Virus record (IMG/VR): IMGVR_UViG_3300046777_001138
Span: 1 to 52,988 of that record
From: a virus
Taxonomy: Duplodnaviria; Caudoviricetes
DNA: 52,988 bases
Direction: 5' to 3' (one strand)
The notes under the pieces are model-generated. The model was not told the DNA's origin. It was given only the letters and a program-made list of their open reading frames with translations, and did no database searches. Below, one piece after another: positions 35,318 through 44,916 of the stretch. Position 1 is the first letter of the stretch; every line of letters starts with the position of its first letter. The translations under genes were made by a program, and so were the position numbers.

Positions 35318-36931
35318 CTATTCTTTGTTTTGTTCACCCGGTTTGGAGTCTTTCTTTTTATCTTCATTTGCTTTATCGGCAGATTGTTGTAATATGACAG
35401 GCTCGATAATCTCTGCCGGTTTACCATCTCCGCCGGGAATAACACGGGCCTGATTAGCCATAGGAGGTACAGGATCTTCAACAGCTTCTTGGCGACGATT
35501 AGCAAGTTCTTCTTCGTAGTCCCAATCATTTTCAGAACAAATACGATGCTTGGACTTGATACCCATCTCAACATATTCTTTGTTCATGCGTGCTTCAGCA
35601 CCCTTGTCACGAACCTCAATCGAAGGCGCAGTAAGAACAAGTTCTACCTCGTCCTCCCACTCCAACGGAATAAGCCCAGCCAACGCAGCGTTCTTCATAG
35701 CTGCCATAATGATCGACTCGAAGAATTCCCCGTAGTCGTCCTGCATCGAGGTACAAGTACGCAGGAATGGGGATTCCGCCGTGAGAGACGACGCATTGCT
35801 CATCTCACCACTTTTACCGGATACAACCCATTCAGGAGCATTCCAGCGACTACCAGCACACCTAAGCAGACCCTGAAGCACTTCAAGGTGCGCAGTAACA
35901 TTTCGCCCACCGGGAGGCTCAATGTACTTGGTATTTGTCGTCATATCCAAGATCGCACCCGGGGTAACCGTCTGGTAACCATCAAATGCGCTTGGCATCA
36001 AGTTATTCGGAAGATTTGGAGCGTAGGGATACCCCGATTTCTGGGTGTCAAGGAAGTCGTCAATCTGGGCCGCTGTCGATCCGTCATGCTCCCGAATAGC
36101 TGCAATAGCTGCCTGAATCGCTGATCCCTCACCAACATTACGGGTAAGTTTCAACGAGAGATTGAACATTTCCGCCGTAGAAAACGCAAACGCAGGTTCA
36201 CCACGCTTCATCTTCTCGGTGCAGAACATCTTGATATGCTTGATCTTGTCCGCTTCAACAAACGTATCTGGTCCTACAGACCCATTAGGGCCATTGTATC
36301 GGACGTTGTATCCCTTAATGTTCTGAGTATCTATAACGTCAGTTTTAATACCGAACGACCACTCAAAGAAAGTGGCATCATATGGCATACATACCAATTC
36401 AGGCTCAATAGAACGGAATTGAAGATATCCGTCTTCGCTAGGAAACAACCGCACAAAGTCTTCACCATCAACTTGAGACCGTTCAAAACACTCTTTTTGG
36501 AACTTGATAAACTTCGTCTTCTTCATCCAGTCCTTAAGGAAGTTTCTACATTGCTTAACCAACTCAGCGTTTGAACCAATAAAATGTGGCTTAAATCCCT
36601 TGCCAATAACATACCCACGGATAGCCTGAATAGTACCGCTAGCGTTGGAATTTGTCTTGTAAATAAAACGACTTACCGCACGAAGCCTGCCAAGATCTAG
36701 CTCGTTACGGACAAATGGGTAGTCCGCACCATAGGCCCTGTCTATAGGATTGTTTACGCCGTAAGGACTGAATCCAATACCTAAATACTGGCTTGACCCA
36801 TACATCATGGAGTCGCCTTGCCAGTCCATAGGCTGAGCAGGGAAACCCCATGACTCACGGACAGCCTGCTTACGAATTGGCTGAGTCGGCGAGAACATCT
36901 TTTTCAGCCAATCGAACATAAGGATCTCCAA
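35318..36931 (-). CDS. Portal protein (lambda-like)
   Basis: Follows TerL; VDGEDFVR, IKHIK...KRGEP. Confidence 0.88.
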   Translation of the reverse strand: MEILMFDWLKKMFSPTQPIRKQAVRESWGFPAQPMDWQGDSMMYGSSQYLGIGFSPYGVNNPIDRAYGADYPFVRNELDLGRLRAVSRFIYKTNSNASGTIQAIRGYVIGKGFKPHFIGSNAELVKQCRNFLKDWMKKTKFIKFQKECFERSQVDGEDFVRLFPSEDGYLQFRSIEPELVCMPYDATFFEWSFGIKTDVIDTQNIKGYNVRYNGPNGSVGPDTFVEADKIKHIKMFCTEKMKRGEPAFAFSTAEMFNLSLKLTRNVGEGSAIQAAIAAIREHDGSTAAQIDDFLDTQKSGYPYAPNLPNNLMPSAFDGYQTVTPGAILDMTTNTKYIEPPGGRNVTAHLEVLQGLLRCAGSRWNAPEWVVSGKSGEMSNASSLTAESPFLRTCTSMQDDYGEFFESIIMAAMKNAALAGLIPLEWEDEVELVLTAPSIEVRDKGAEARMNKEYVEMGIKSKHRICSENDWDYEEELANRRQEAVEDPVPPMANQARVIPGGDGKPAEIIEPVILQQSADKANEDKKKDSKPGEQNKE

Positions 36932-36950
36932 TCAAATTTACTACCTAGCC

Positions 36951-36962
36951 ACACTATAAGCA
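36951..36962 (-). promoter_or_regulatory. Candidate late-promoter motif TGCTTATAGTGT
   Basis: In the TerL-portal gap; identical to 24904-24915. Confidence 0.55.
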
Positions 36963-36977
36963 CAAGATTTCAAATAG

Positions 36978-38471
36978 TTAGGTCTTTAGACCCTTAGCGC
37001 CCGGTTTAATTTTACCATTACATAATGATATCAAAGTCCTTAAAGCTAGTTCTAAACTATCCGGTCCATCGTCGTATCTAGCTGAAGGGAACATTTTTAG
37101 TTGGTCTACCAATAAAGCACCATATTGGTTTTTGACCACACGAATTCTTTTTTGCTCCAAAAATGGACCTAACCGCCGAATTCGTATTTCCTTCTTGATA
37201 ACATTATGCACTCCTTGCGTTACAAGCCTCATGTTTAACAAATCGCTTTTTTTCGACAGGTTGTTTAACAAAAGGCTCTGGAACGAGTTTGACTCGCATG
37301 TTATCATTGACGGATTGTACTTCTGTGACATTTCGATAACGGTGTCTACAATAGCTTCGGCGCTCATCCGGCTGATTATGGGGTTTGCTAAAACCGTATT
37401 ATCTCGTAATCGAGCCAGCAATGTAATAGCGCAATAATCTCCAAGTTTAGCTTCGTTGCCCTTGGAAGGGTCAATTGCGATTACACTCTCTACAATTTCT
37501 GACCTTTGGGGCCATTTATCTTCCCACCATATGTGATCTGCGAATAAATCTACCGGCCATTCAGTAGCACCCGGAGCAGTTGGGTTCTGTTGATATAAAG
37601 CCTCAAACTCTCTCGTACCAAGGCTCGTCTTTATCTGCTCAAGCGCCTGAGCATCATACTTGGTAGGCCATAGAGCCTCTCCAATGGCCCTAGGATCGTC
37701 TTTATGGTTCTCACCCGTAGCAATCGCTGGCAGACACAGATACTCGAACTGGTCAGCGTTCTTCTCCATCAGCTGGGTCTGAAGAACAGCGCCGACAAGA
37801 TCCTCCGGGTTCCACCGGGTCATCACGATCAGGATCCGGGCATCCTTTTCAGCACGAGTTCTAAAAGTGGATTTATACCAATTTAGTATGTTTTCCCTGA
37901 TTGTAGGTGAGTCAGCGTCAGCACGGTTCCTGATCGGATCGTCCACGATCAGCCACTGACCGCCCATACCAGTAATCGAACCACCAACACCGGCTGAACG
38001 ATAAAAGCCTCTTTTTCCAACCATTTCAAACAAGTCAGAAGTTCGTGTATATCTTTCTGACACAGCCCCACGGCCGCCCTGACCTTCTGCTAATCTAGAA
38101 TCAGGGAATAAACGCTTGAATTCTTCTGAACATATATATTTCTGCACATCGTTGTTTATTCTACTAGACAATTCGCTGGAGTAGGAACAGGCCATTACCC
38201 CAGTATCCGGGTTCCTACCAAGGATGTAAGAAGGCAAAAGACGACTGATAAGTTCGGATTTACCATGCCGTGGAGGCATTGACACACATAAACGCCGAAG
38301 ATGGTTAGGATCTTCCAGCGGAAGGAACATCCGTTCGATATTGTCAATGATTACTTGATGATGCCACGAACATTCGAATTGTGGAAATACATACTCAGCG
38401 TAATGTTTGAAGCTAGTCCTAGCGTTTTCACGCTTGGCTAGTTCGTTGATCATCATGTCCAGTTCGTTCAT
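36978..38471 (-). CDS. terL: Terminase large subunit
   Basis: MPPRHGKSEL, GGSITGMG, IVDDP, MTRW, ALYQQNP, AIDPS, DDGPDSL. Confidence 0.95.
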   Translation of the reverse strand: MNELDMMINELAKRENARTSFKHYAEYVFPQFECSWHHQVIIDNIERMFLPLEDPNHLRRLCVSMPPRHGKSELISRLLPSYILGRNPDTGVMACSYSSELSSRINNDVQKYICSEEFKRLFPDSRLAEGQGGRGAVSERYTRTSDLFEMVGKRGFYRSAGVGGSITGMGGQWLIVDDPIRNRADADSPTIRENILNWYKSTFRTRAEKDARILIVMTRWNPEDLVGAVLQTQLMEKNADQFEYLCLPAIATGENHKDDPRAIGEALWPTKYDAQALEQIKTSLGTREFEALYQQNPTAPGATEWPVDLFADHIWWEDKWPQRSEIVESVIAIDPSKGNEAKLGDYCAITLLARLRDNTVLANPIISRMSAEAIVDTVIEMSQKYNPSMITCESNSFQSLLLNNLSKKSDLLNMRLVTQGVHNVIKKEIRIRRLGPFLEQKRIRVVKNQYGALLVDQLKMFPSARYDDGPDSLELALRTLISLCNGKIKPGAKGLKT

Positions 38472-38970
38472 CAGTGAAGTCTCTGTCGTTGATCACAGGT
38501 TCACTAGATGGACGAATCACTTTAGCCTCAATCACATTCTGAGGCTTGTTTTCTATACGCTGCTGCCTTGCTCTTTCAGCTACCAAGGCCTGTAACTGCT
38601 GATCACTCATCTTCGACGGATCAGTCGTATTGATCAGCCTATGGTCAATCTCAGTCTTCGATGTGTACCCACGGCCTTTACCCAGCGTAGACAAGGCCAT
38701 CTTCACCGCCCAAGGATCTCCGCTGATGACAGCATCGCTGAAGTGCCCTTCAGCCACATCCACGAGCATGTTTCTTAGTTTGTCAATCAGTTCACGAAGC
38801 CTTGGCCTTACTGCAATGAACCTACTCAGACGGTATAGGTCGATATCCAGAAGATTAGCCGCCTTTGGCACAGACCCATTACACGCTTTGAGTGCAATGG
38901 TTACTTCCCGCAGGGTCAACCGTTTACCCGCTGGAGTACCCTCAGGTGATTCTTCTAGGTCGTTAGTCAC
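38428..38970 (-). CDS. terS: Terminase small subunit (HTH)
   Basis: ALKACNGSVPKAANLL HTH; LSTLGKGRGY; DPSKMSDQQL; directly upstream of TerL. Confidence 0.7.
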   Translation of the reverse strand: MTNDLEESPEGTPAGKRLTLREVTIALKACNGSVPKAANLLDIDLYRLSRFIAVRPRLRELIDKLRNMLVDVAEGHFSDAVISGDPWAVKMALSTLGKGRGYTSKTEIDHRLINTTDPSKMSDQQLQALVAERARQQRIENKPQNVIEAKVIRPSSEPVINDRDFTDERTGHDDQRTSQA

Positions 38971-39158
38971 TTGTGTTCCTTTTGAAATGCCGACTTGTGG
39001 AAGTCAATGTCTGCATCTTCCAATGCTTGAAGAGCATCCAGCCTACCCTTAATAGAAAAGTAGGATGCGGCAGCATGTTCTGCGCTGCTAACCGCTTGGC
39101 TTGTCATAAACGCAAGGATCTCTTTCCTAGCCTCAGCAATCCATTCACTCAGCGTCAT
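38967..39158 (-). CDS. Small hypothetical protein
   Basis: RBS GGAG before ATG 39158. Confidence 0.6.
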   Translation of the reverse strand: MTLSEWIAEARKEILAFMTSQAVSSAEHAAASYFSIKGRLDALQALEDADIDFHKSAFQKEHK

Positions 39159-39159
39159 A

Positions 39160-39798
39160 CTAACTCTCCACTTTAGGTTCCACATCGGCCAACATTAGCC
39201 TAACATCCCGTTCCGTGATCGGATCATCCACACCCAACCCAAACTTCTTCATAACTTGTTTCATGTCTAAAAGCCATGGATCCAGCCCTGAAAGGGCCAG
39301 TTTCTGTAGTAATTCGACCAAAAGTCGTGTCACTACCTCGTTTTCACCCATGTCCTTGCCAGAATCAAGCAATGATTCAACATACCACGATTGGAAGATT
39401 CTGGTCCCCTTTTCGTAGGTAGATTCCTCAATATCAATGAAATCTTCCACATAAATCGGTGAATTGATGCTTCCAGACCACTCAGCCTCAATACCATGGG
39501 AATGTAAAGCCGAAACAGTATTTTTCATCACATCTTTGAGTAGTTTAGCTATTGCACCCTTCTCGTATTTCGCTGCGGTACGGGTAGCAATTGACAAGAA
39601 GATTGGTAACCTTCCCTCATCTGCCATTTCGTCTAGCCCACGCTCTGTAAGATACACTCCCACATAATAATCACACTTGTACTTAACAAGACGCTTACGA
39701 GCTTGGTGACTAAATTCTGAATTTGCTTCCGCTATGTCCATACCCAGAATCCCATGGTAAAATTCTGGGCCAAATATTTTCTTAATCCTTTCAGGCAT
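39160..39798 (-). CDS. Hypothetical protein
   Basis: Probable start 39798, overlapping the HNH stop region. Confidence 0.7.
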   Translation of the reverse strand: MPERIKKIFGPEFYHGILGMDIAEANSEFSHQARKRLVKYKCDYYVGVYLTERGLDEMADEGRLPIFLSIATRTAAKYEKGAIAKLLKDVMKNTVSALHSHGIEAEWSGSINSPIYVEDFIDIEESTYEKGTRIFQSWYVESLLDSGKDMGENEVVTRLLVELLQKLALSGLDPWLLDMKQVMKKFGLGVDDPITERDVRLMLADVEPKVES

Positions 39799-40327
39799 CG
39801 TGACGCAATTTGGCATTGTAGGCATAAGAAAAGTCTCCGTGCAGTTTAGAAGCAGCCTCACAATACGCTTTATAAGCCTCTTCAGCAGTATAAAAGGCCC
39901 CCAAATATTTCTGCTTCTGTTGTACACAAATACTTGCCGTCCACTTGTTTTTATCCCTATTCCAGCTAACTCCCTTGAACCCAGATGTATTATCAGACCG
40001 TTTCCCTTTGTTACAGCAATTTTCCGACGCTGTACTTAACCGCAAGTTTTCTATACGGTCATTAGAATGATCCCGATTTATATGGTCTATTTGCTTTCCT
40101 TCTTTAATTTCACCATTATGCAACATCCATATAATCCTAGCCCTTGATGTATATCTACCGTTTAGTCTAATATACCAGCGCCCAGATCTTTTGTGCAAAG
40201 TACCGGCTATAGATCCTGCTGCGGCAACTACTCTATTTGCAAATCCACCGTTTATTCTGTCTATTTTCCAGCGAATAACACCCGGTTCCGACTCATAAAA
40301 TAAATCATGTACGCTTAGACTGTTCAT
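39791..40327 (-). CDS. HNH homing endonuclease with AP2 domain
   Basis: IDHINRDHSNDRIENLR; NTSGFKGVSW...YLGAF...AYCEAA. Confidence 0.92.
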   Translation of the reverse strand: MNSLSVHDLFYESEPGVIRWKIDRINGGFANRVVAAAGSIAGTLHKRSGRWYIRLNGRYTSRARIIWMLHNGEIKEGKQIDHINRDHSNDRIENLRLSTASENCCNKGKRSDNTSGFKGVSWNRDKNKWTASICVQQKQKYLGAFYTAEEAYKAYCEAASKLHGDFSYAYNAKLRHDA

Positions 40328-40398
40328 ATCAATCCTCCACGAAAGGGTTGGTCAAAGCCCGAGCAGTTGACGCTGCGTCGGGCACTTTCATTATAAGC
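40328..40398 (-). promoter_or_regulatory. Structured 5' leader of HNH gene, copy A
   Basis: TATAAT, a bulged hairpin and an RBS-sequestering hairpin; homologous to 41847-41918. Confidence 0.65.
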
Positions 40399-41061
40399 CT
40401 ATCTACCGTAAAGCTCTAACGGAACGTCATCGAAGTCCTCGTGGCCTAGTGTCTTGTCTATGTCTCGGTTAAACACACAGAATGTACCGTACTTCTGCTC
40501 CAACACCCAATCAACGTAACGAGCAGCTTGTTTTTCATTGGGAAACTCCCGAAATACCGTAGCTCTCTTAGCTTTCGTAGTGTCCCCAACTCGTATTTCA
40601 CCTCTCCATACCCCCGGAATATGCACTCCAAACCCCGGATCCCAACTCACGCCGAAGTATTTCCCTTTCTGTCTACGCTGAAGCATTGCTACCGTCTTAA
40701 ACGCCTCATTAGTCGTGTATTTCGAGTTATGTGGCGTATACTTCTCCTTCGGATCAATCCTCGTCAGTACAGCATTACCGGGCCTAGGATGATCCTCATA
40801 CCACTCCAGAAACAACTTCTTGGTATGAAACATAGGACCCAACAGACCCTCCTGCTTCATACGCTGGAAGAAACTCTCCGCATACAACCTCAACCCTAAT
40901 ACACCCTGAGCCTCACGAGTCCTAGGTACACCCTGCTTAAACGCCTTACGCTTCGCTAGGACAGCTTCCTGCCTAGCTGCCTCAAACGGATCATCCGCTT
41001 TTACAAACTTTGACCTGTAAGGATCCCGTTTGATACGCTGTTTCTTAGGAGGCATCTCCAC
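40399..41061 (-). CDS. Degenerate HNH-like plus AP2-like DNA-binding protein
   Basis: LTRIDPKEKYTPHNSKY (decayed HNH); KYFGVSW...FPNEKQAARYVD...YGTFCVFN (AP2). Confidence 0.65.
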   Translation of the reverse strand: MEMPPKKQRIKRDPYRSKFVKADDPFEAARQEAVLAKRKAFKQGVPRTREAQGVLGLRLYAESFFQRMKQEGLLGPMFHTKKLFLEWYEDHPRPGNAVLTRIDPKEKYTPHNSKYTTNEAFKTVAMLQRRQKGKYFGVSWDPGFGVHIPGVWRGEIRVGDTTKAKRATVFREFPNEKQAARYVDWVLEQKYGTFCVFNRDIDKTLGHEDFDDVPLELYGR

Positions 41062-41260
41062 GCTCCCATTCCGCTGGATGATTCATCTCGTCCACATACG
41101 CATTCCATTGACCAACAGGAATCTCCTCAGAGATACCCTTTGCAATCAACGCATTCACCATAAGATTATGGGAATCCATCATAGTCTGTAGGTGCCTATT
41201 CAGAATCCTAGCAACATCCCTACGGAGTACTAGGATTGTTTCTAACGGCTTGTCTTCCAT
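41045..41260 (-). CDS. Small hypothetical protein
   Basis: RBS GGAGGTG; TATAAT upstream. Confidence 0.65.
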   Translation of the reverse strand: MEDKPLETILVLRRDVARILNRHLQTMMDSHNLMVNALIAKGISEEIPVGQWNAYVDEMNHPAEWERGDAS

Positions 41261-41336
41261 AGCTCACCTCCTCACTTCCATTATACGAAGAAACCTGTAA
41301 GGAAACTAGGGTATAGTCTCTTACAGGTCGGATGTT

Positions 41337-41846
41337 TTACAGACAAGCAAACTCACCGTGGTAATCTAACACGGCGTCACAATATGCTGCATAGGCTAAC
41401 CACTTATTTTCATACGAACCTATCGTTTTTCGTTTACCCTCAAACTGCATTTGCGCACGCCATTTACATTTTGATTGCTCATAACTTACACCTTTCAACC
41501 CAGATGTGTTGTTCTTGTGCTTCCGCCGATTTGCTTGATTCTGTTTTCGTGACGCCAATCTAATGTTGTCTATGCTATCATTAAGCGTATCGTGGTTCTT
41601 GTGGTCTATTTCCATTCCGTCAGGAATTGGTCCGTTGTGCATTTCCCAAATTACTCTACCCCTAGTTACATTCTCCCCATCAACATACATTATCCAGTAA
41701 TTTTTACGCTTGTCTAAGTGTCCAGCTATATCACCAGCCCTTGCCATCAGCCTACTGTAGACAATACCAGAGTACCTATCAGTTTTAAATCTAAGAATCC
41801 CGGGTTCTGACTCGACAAAAAGCTCATTCAGTCTTAAACTGTTCAT
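41337..41846 (-). CDS. HNH homing endonuclease with AP2 domain (paralogue of 39791..40327)
   Basis: IDHKNHDTLNDSIDNIR; NNTSGLKGVS; shared start MNSL...ESEPG. Confidence 0.92.
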   Translation of the reverse strand: MNSLRLNELFVESEPGILRFKTDRYSGIVYSRLMARAGDIAGHLDKRKNYWIMYVDGENVTRGRVIWEMHNGPIPDGMEIDHKNHDTLNDSIDNIRLASRKQNQANRRKHKNNTSGLKGVSYEQSKCKWRAQMQFEGKRKTIGSYENKWLAYAAYCDAVLDYHGEFACL

Positions 41847-41918
41847 ATCAATCCTCTCAGAAAGGGTTGGTCATGGCCCCAAGTAGCGACAACTACTGTG
41901 GGGCTTCTTTCATAATAG
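41847..41918 (-). promoter_or_regulatory. Structured 5' leader of HNH gene, copy B
   Basis: Homologous to 40328-40398, with compensatory stem changes. Confidence 0.65.
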
Positions 41919-42175
41919 AACACCTAGAATACAATACAACTTGGTTCCTAGAAAAATGTCACTTGAGTTCCATTTTTCGTCGTCACTCAGCGCCTTTGGG
42001 CGCTGGATGAGGTTGGTTATCTCGAACTTCGTTCTCGTAACCTTATGTTTTTAATGTAATTATAAACAGAAATTGTAGCTTTGTCACCGGTAAATCCAAT
42101 AATTCTGGAAATATTCCCAAAGTAGTTACTAGTTGTCTCACTGCGTTCGACCGCTGAGGAAAGACAGAAGACACA

Positions 42176-42204
42176 TTGACTTCCTTGGGTTCTAGGTCAA
42201 TAAT
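42176..42204 (+). promoter_or_regulatory. Sigma70-type promoter candidate
   Basis: TTGACT-17 nt-AATAAT at the start of the + strand block. Confidence 0.5.
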
Positions 42205-42223
42205 AGGCCTAGGAGGAAGTGAA

Positions 42224-42397
42224 ATGAAACTGTTTTTGTTCGGATTGAACATCTCGGTCATATCCGTTTGTTGTACGCTGACAGTATGTCAACTCCTTGA
42301 ATACCAGTTCAAAGGTAACCGGGAATCCATCATCATGTGGACTGTAGCCTCTTTGATGGCTACCCACGGTATAGTCAAATCACTCCGGATTAAGTAA
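42224..42397 (+). CDS. Small two-TM membrane protein
   Basis: RBS AGGAGG; two hydrophobic segments. Confidence 0.6.
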   Translation: MKLFLFGLNISVISVCCTLTVCQLLEYQFKGNRESIIMWTVASLMATHGIVKSLRIK

Positions 42398-42451
42398 ACT
42401 TACCTCAGCGGTCATGCCCGTAGGGCAGGACACTAACCAATAGGAGCCAGT

Positions 42452-42871
42452 ATGCCAGAGATTACAGCAGTAGAAGCTTTTGATCGTATGAACAGAGGGG
42501 AAATCGTTGAACGCTATTTTCAGTTTGATGGTGCTTGGCGTAAATGTAAAAAAGTTATTGAAAACAACCAAGAGTCCATCGTATGGTGGTGCAAATCGGT
42601 TAAAAAATGGACCACACCTAAACCTGATTTTTGGCTAATACATTTTTGTGTCAAAGGTAACTACCGTACACCAGAACCAGAATGGAAAGAAGTTCCTTGG
42701 TATGAAGCCGTAGAGTGGATGAACAATAATCGTGACAATGAATGTCAGTCTTGTCATAAAGATTGTGAAACTAGATGGGCCATCCCATTAGCTCATGTTT
42801 GGTCAAAAACAACAACAACATACGATTTTCCTCAATGGTATTTCAACCATGTATTCCGTATACCCGTTTAA
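42452..42871 (+). CDS. Two-module small protein, DUF2829/Tad2-like family
   Basis: ITAVEAFDRMNRGEIVER; WKEVPWYEAVEW. Confidence 0.6.
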   Translation: MPEITAVEAFDRMNRGEIVERYFQFDGAWRKCKKVIENNQESIVWWCKSVKKWTTPKPDFWLIHFCVKGNYRTPEPEWKEVPWYEAVEWMNNNRDNECQSCHKDCETRWAIPLAHVWSKTTTTYDFPQWYFNHVFRIPV

Positions 42872-42970
42872 ACCACACTAGAATGCCCTAGAATCGACGA
42901 TCTACTGAAACTTGACCTCAGAGTCACTTTTACTAACAAAGTGGCTCTACGAGCCTCCTAGGAGCCTAGA

Positions 42971-43195
42971 ATGGATACTGTAAGACTTGGTTCAATCTGC
43001 ATTGACATCTTGTCTCATATAGACTGCCTAATGATAGAAGGATACGGGTCTGGTATATGCCAAGACTCCAAATGGCTTATGACATGTACCAATCCTGAAC
43101 ATGTCCGTACTTACATTGAATCTCTTAAGTATTACCATACCAACCTTGGTAAAGCCATAGAGGCATTGGATTCTAAGAATAAGGACTTCAAGTAA
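42971..43195 (+). CDS. Small hypothetical protein
   Basis: RBS AGGAG. Confidence 0.6.
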   Translation: MDTVRLGSICIDILSHIDCLMIEGYGSGICQDSKWLMTCTNPEHVRTYIESLKYYHTNLGKAIEALDSKNKDFK

Positions 43196-43375
43196 TGACA
43201 CAGACCGAGATAATTCTAGTCTTAACCATACTCCTAGCGTCAACAATGCTAGCCTGTGTATGTGAATACCTCTTTCCAACGAACTTCGATGACTAGTTGT
43301 ACTTGCCATGTAAACGGTGTACCATATTGTAACTGGTGCATAGCTCAATTGTGGTATCCAGTAGAGGAAGTGAAG

Positions 43376-43585
43376 ATGAAGACGATTCAGGACAAGGTAA
43401 GATTCACTAAAGCACTTAGTGATATCATCTCTACTACTGGTGGTAGCACAGTATGTATTACTACCGCTGAAGGTAAATCCTACACCTTCTCAGCGGATAC
43501 CCTAACATACTTCTACACAGACAAACTACTATGCCTAGGTGACCTGTCTGAACATGCCACTGTAACCTACAACATCGAAGGATAG
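43376..43585 (+). CDS. Small hypothetical protein
   Basis: RBS GAGGA before ATG 43376. Confidence 0.55.
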   Translation: MKTIQDKVRFTKALSDIISTTGGSTVCITTAEGKSYTFSADTLTYFYTDKLLCLGDLSEHATVTYNIEG

Positions 43586-43590
43586 TAACC

Positions 43591-43977
43591 ATGCCAGAGA
43601 GACTCACGCTAGGTCAAGCCGTAGATGCTATGATTGCTGGTAAACATGTCCTTGTTGAACGACTCCTATACAGGTATGACCCAATAAGCGGATGTTTTGA
43701 GCAAAAGTCTTCTGATCCAGAAGATGATTTTAATCCTACATGTCTTGACAAAGAAGAGGTCAGAGCTGCCTCAAGAGGTGAATGTTATTTGTATGAACCT
43801 CCAATCAAATGGAGGAAAGCTACATGGCTAGAAGCCTTACAAGCTGCCTACGAAGGCAGGAAAGTAAAGGAAATGAGCCTAGGACACGAAAGGATCATCA
43901 CTAAAAACGACTTCTCGCATATGCGTGTACAAGAACTAGAGTCATGGCATGACGATCTCTATGTGGAGGACAAGTAA
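43591..43977 (+). CDS. Two-module small protein, DUF2829/Tad2-like family
   Basis: LTLGQAVDAMIAGKHV; WRKATWLEALQAAYEGRKVK. Confidence 0.65.
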   Translation: MPERLTLGQAVDAMIAGKHVLVERLLYRYDPISGCFEQKSSDPEDDFNPTCLDKEEVRAASRGECYLYEPPIKWRKATWLEALQAAYEGRKVKEMSLGHERIITKNDFSHMRVQELESWHDDLYVEDK

Positions 43978-44159
43978 TGCCTACATTCTTAGATAGATAC
44001 GGGGATAGTTTACATGTAGGAATTTATCATTCCTATATCGAGATAGCTGCCTGTGAACTACCTATACCGATATCTACTCTTATTTTTGATGCGGATCAGG
44101 CTAGAAAGATTGGAATGGAATTGATTAACTTGGCCAATGAACTCGAAGGGTTAAAGTAA
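43977..44159 (+). CDS. Small hypothetical protein (family with 3537 and 14969)
   Basis: FDADQARKIGMELINLANELE. Confidence 0.65.
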   Translation: MPTFLDRYGDSLHVGIYHSYIEIAACELPIPISTLIFDADQARKIGMELINLANELEGLK

Positions 44160-44356
44160 TGCTTACCCAGCGTAAAGCCTTCCAGATCGTCAAACGAATG
44201 CATATCCAACTCTCCAAGAAATCCATCAGGAGACGGACTGAACAGCTATGGTGCAGGAAACTAGCCAAGTATTACAATGTACCATTATGGACAGATAGGT
44301 CCAGTATTAGAAAATTGTTTATGTATGTAGACCTGTTTCCTAATGAACCAGTTTGA
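44159..44356 (+). CDS. Small basic hypothetical protein
   Basis: TAATG coupling. Confidence 0.55.
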   Translation: MLTQRKAFQIVKRMHIQLSKKSIRRRTEQLWCRKLAKYYNVPLWTDRSSIRKLFMYVDLFPNEPV

Positions 44357-44711
44357 ATTCAGGATCCGGATCAAGGGGGATGGGTGTATGAACATCAAGA
44401 AGGCAATCAAACTATACAAGCGACTAGAGTCCACACCATTCCCAAAGGTAGGACTAAAATATAAAGACTGCTCCTCGCTAAGACAATGGGTAGACTCTTG
44501 TAGTAACAGAATTAGCAGTCTACAACACGAGAGCGTAAGACTCGGCAACGGTAAGTCAGACTGGTGGCAGTGCCAAAGAGACCTATGGGACATATTCAGC
44601 ATACGAGCCTGTAACAAGGCATACCGTAGACGAAGATTAGAGATTGCTATGAAGACGGGTATTATGTCAAAGAAGAAAGTGTGTGACTGGGTGTGCGGTA
44701 TTAATGAGTAG
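44343..44711 (+). CDS. Basic hypothetical protein
   Basis: ORF in operon; start uncertain. Confidence 0.55.
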   Translation: MNQFEFRIRIKGDGCMNIKKAIKLYKRLESTPFPKVGLKYKDCSSLRQWVDSCSNRISSLQHESVRLGNGKSDWWQCQRDLWDIFSIRACNKAYRRRRLEIAMKTGIMSKKKVCDWVCGINE

Positions 44712-44916
44712 GAGTGTAGGCGGTTGGTGTAGACTAGATGAAGTAAATGTGACGAAGTTGGTTTTCGAAGTTTTCATATCCATATCCTAGACCCTCCCCT
44801 TCCCCTCTTCTTACCAGCTTTTGGGTCCCATAGTGGGGGAGGGGGCCGATAGCCCTCGACTCCGCTTGCATGGCTTCCGGTCCAAACCAATGGTAGATCA
44901 TCGATCCTAGGCGATC

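Noticed and set aside
42872-42970. Short imperfect repeats (CTAGAAT, GAGCCT) in an intergenic gap
   Set aside because: Too short and irregular to support a specific call
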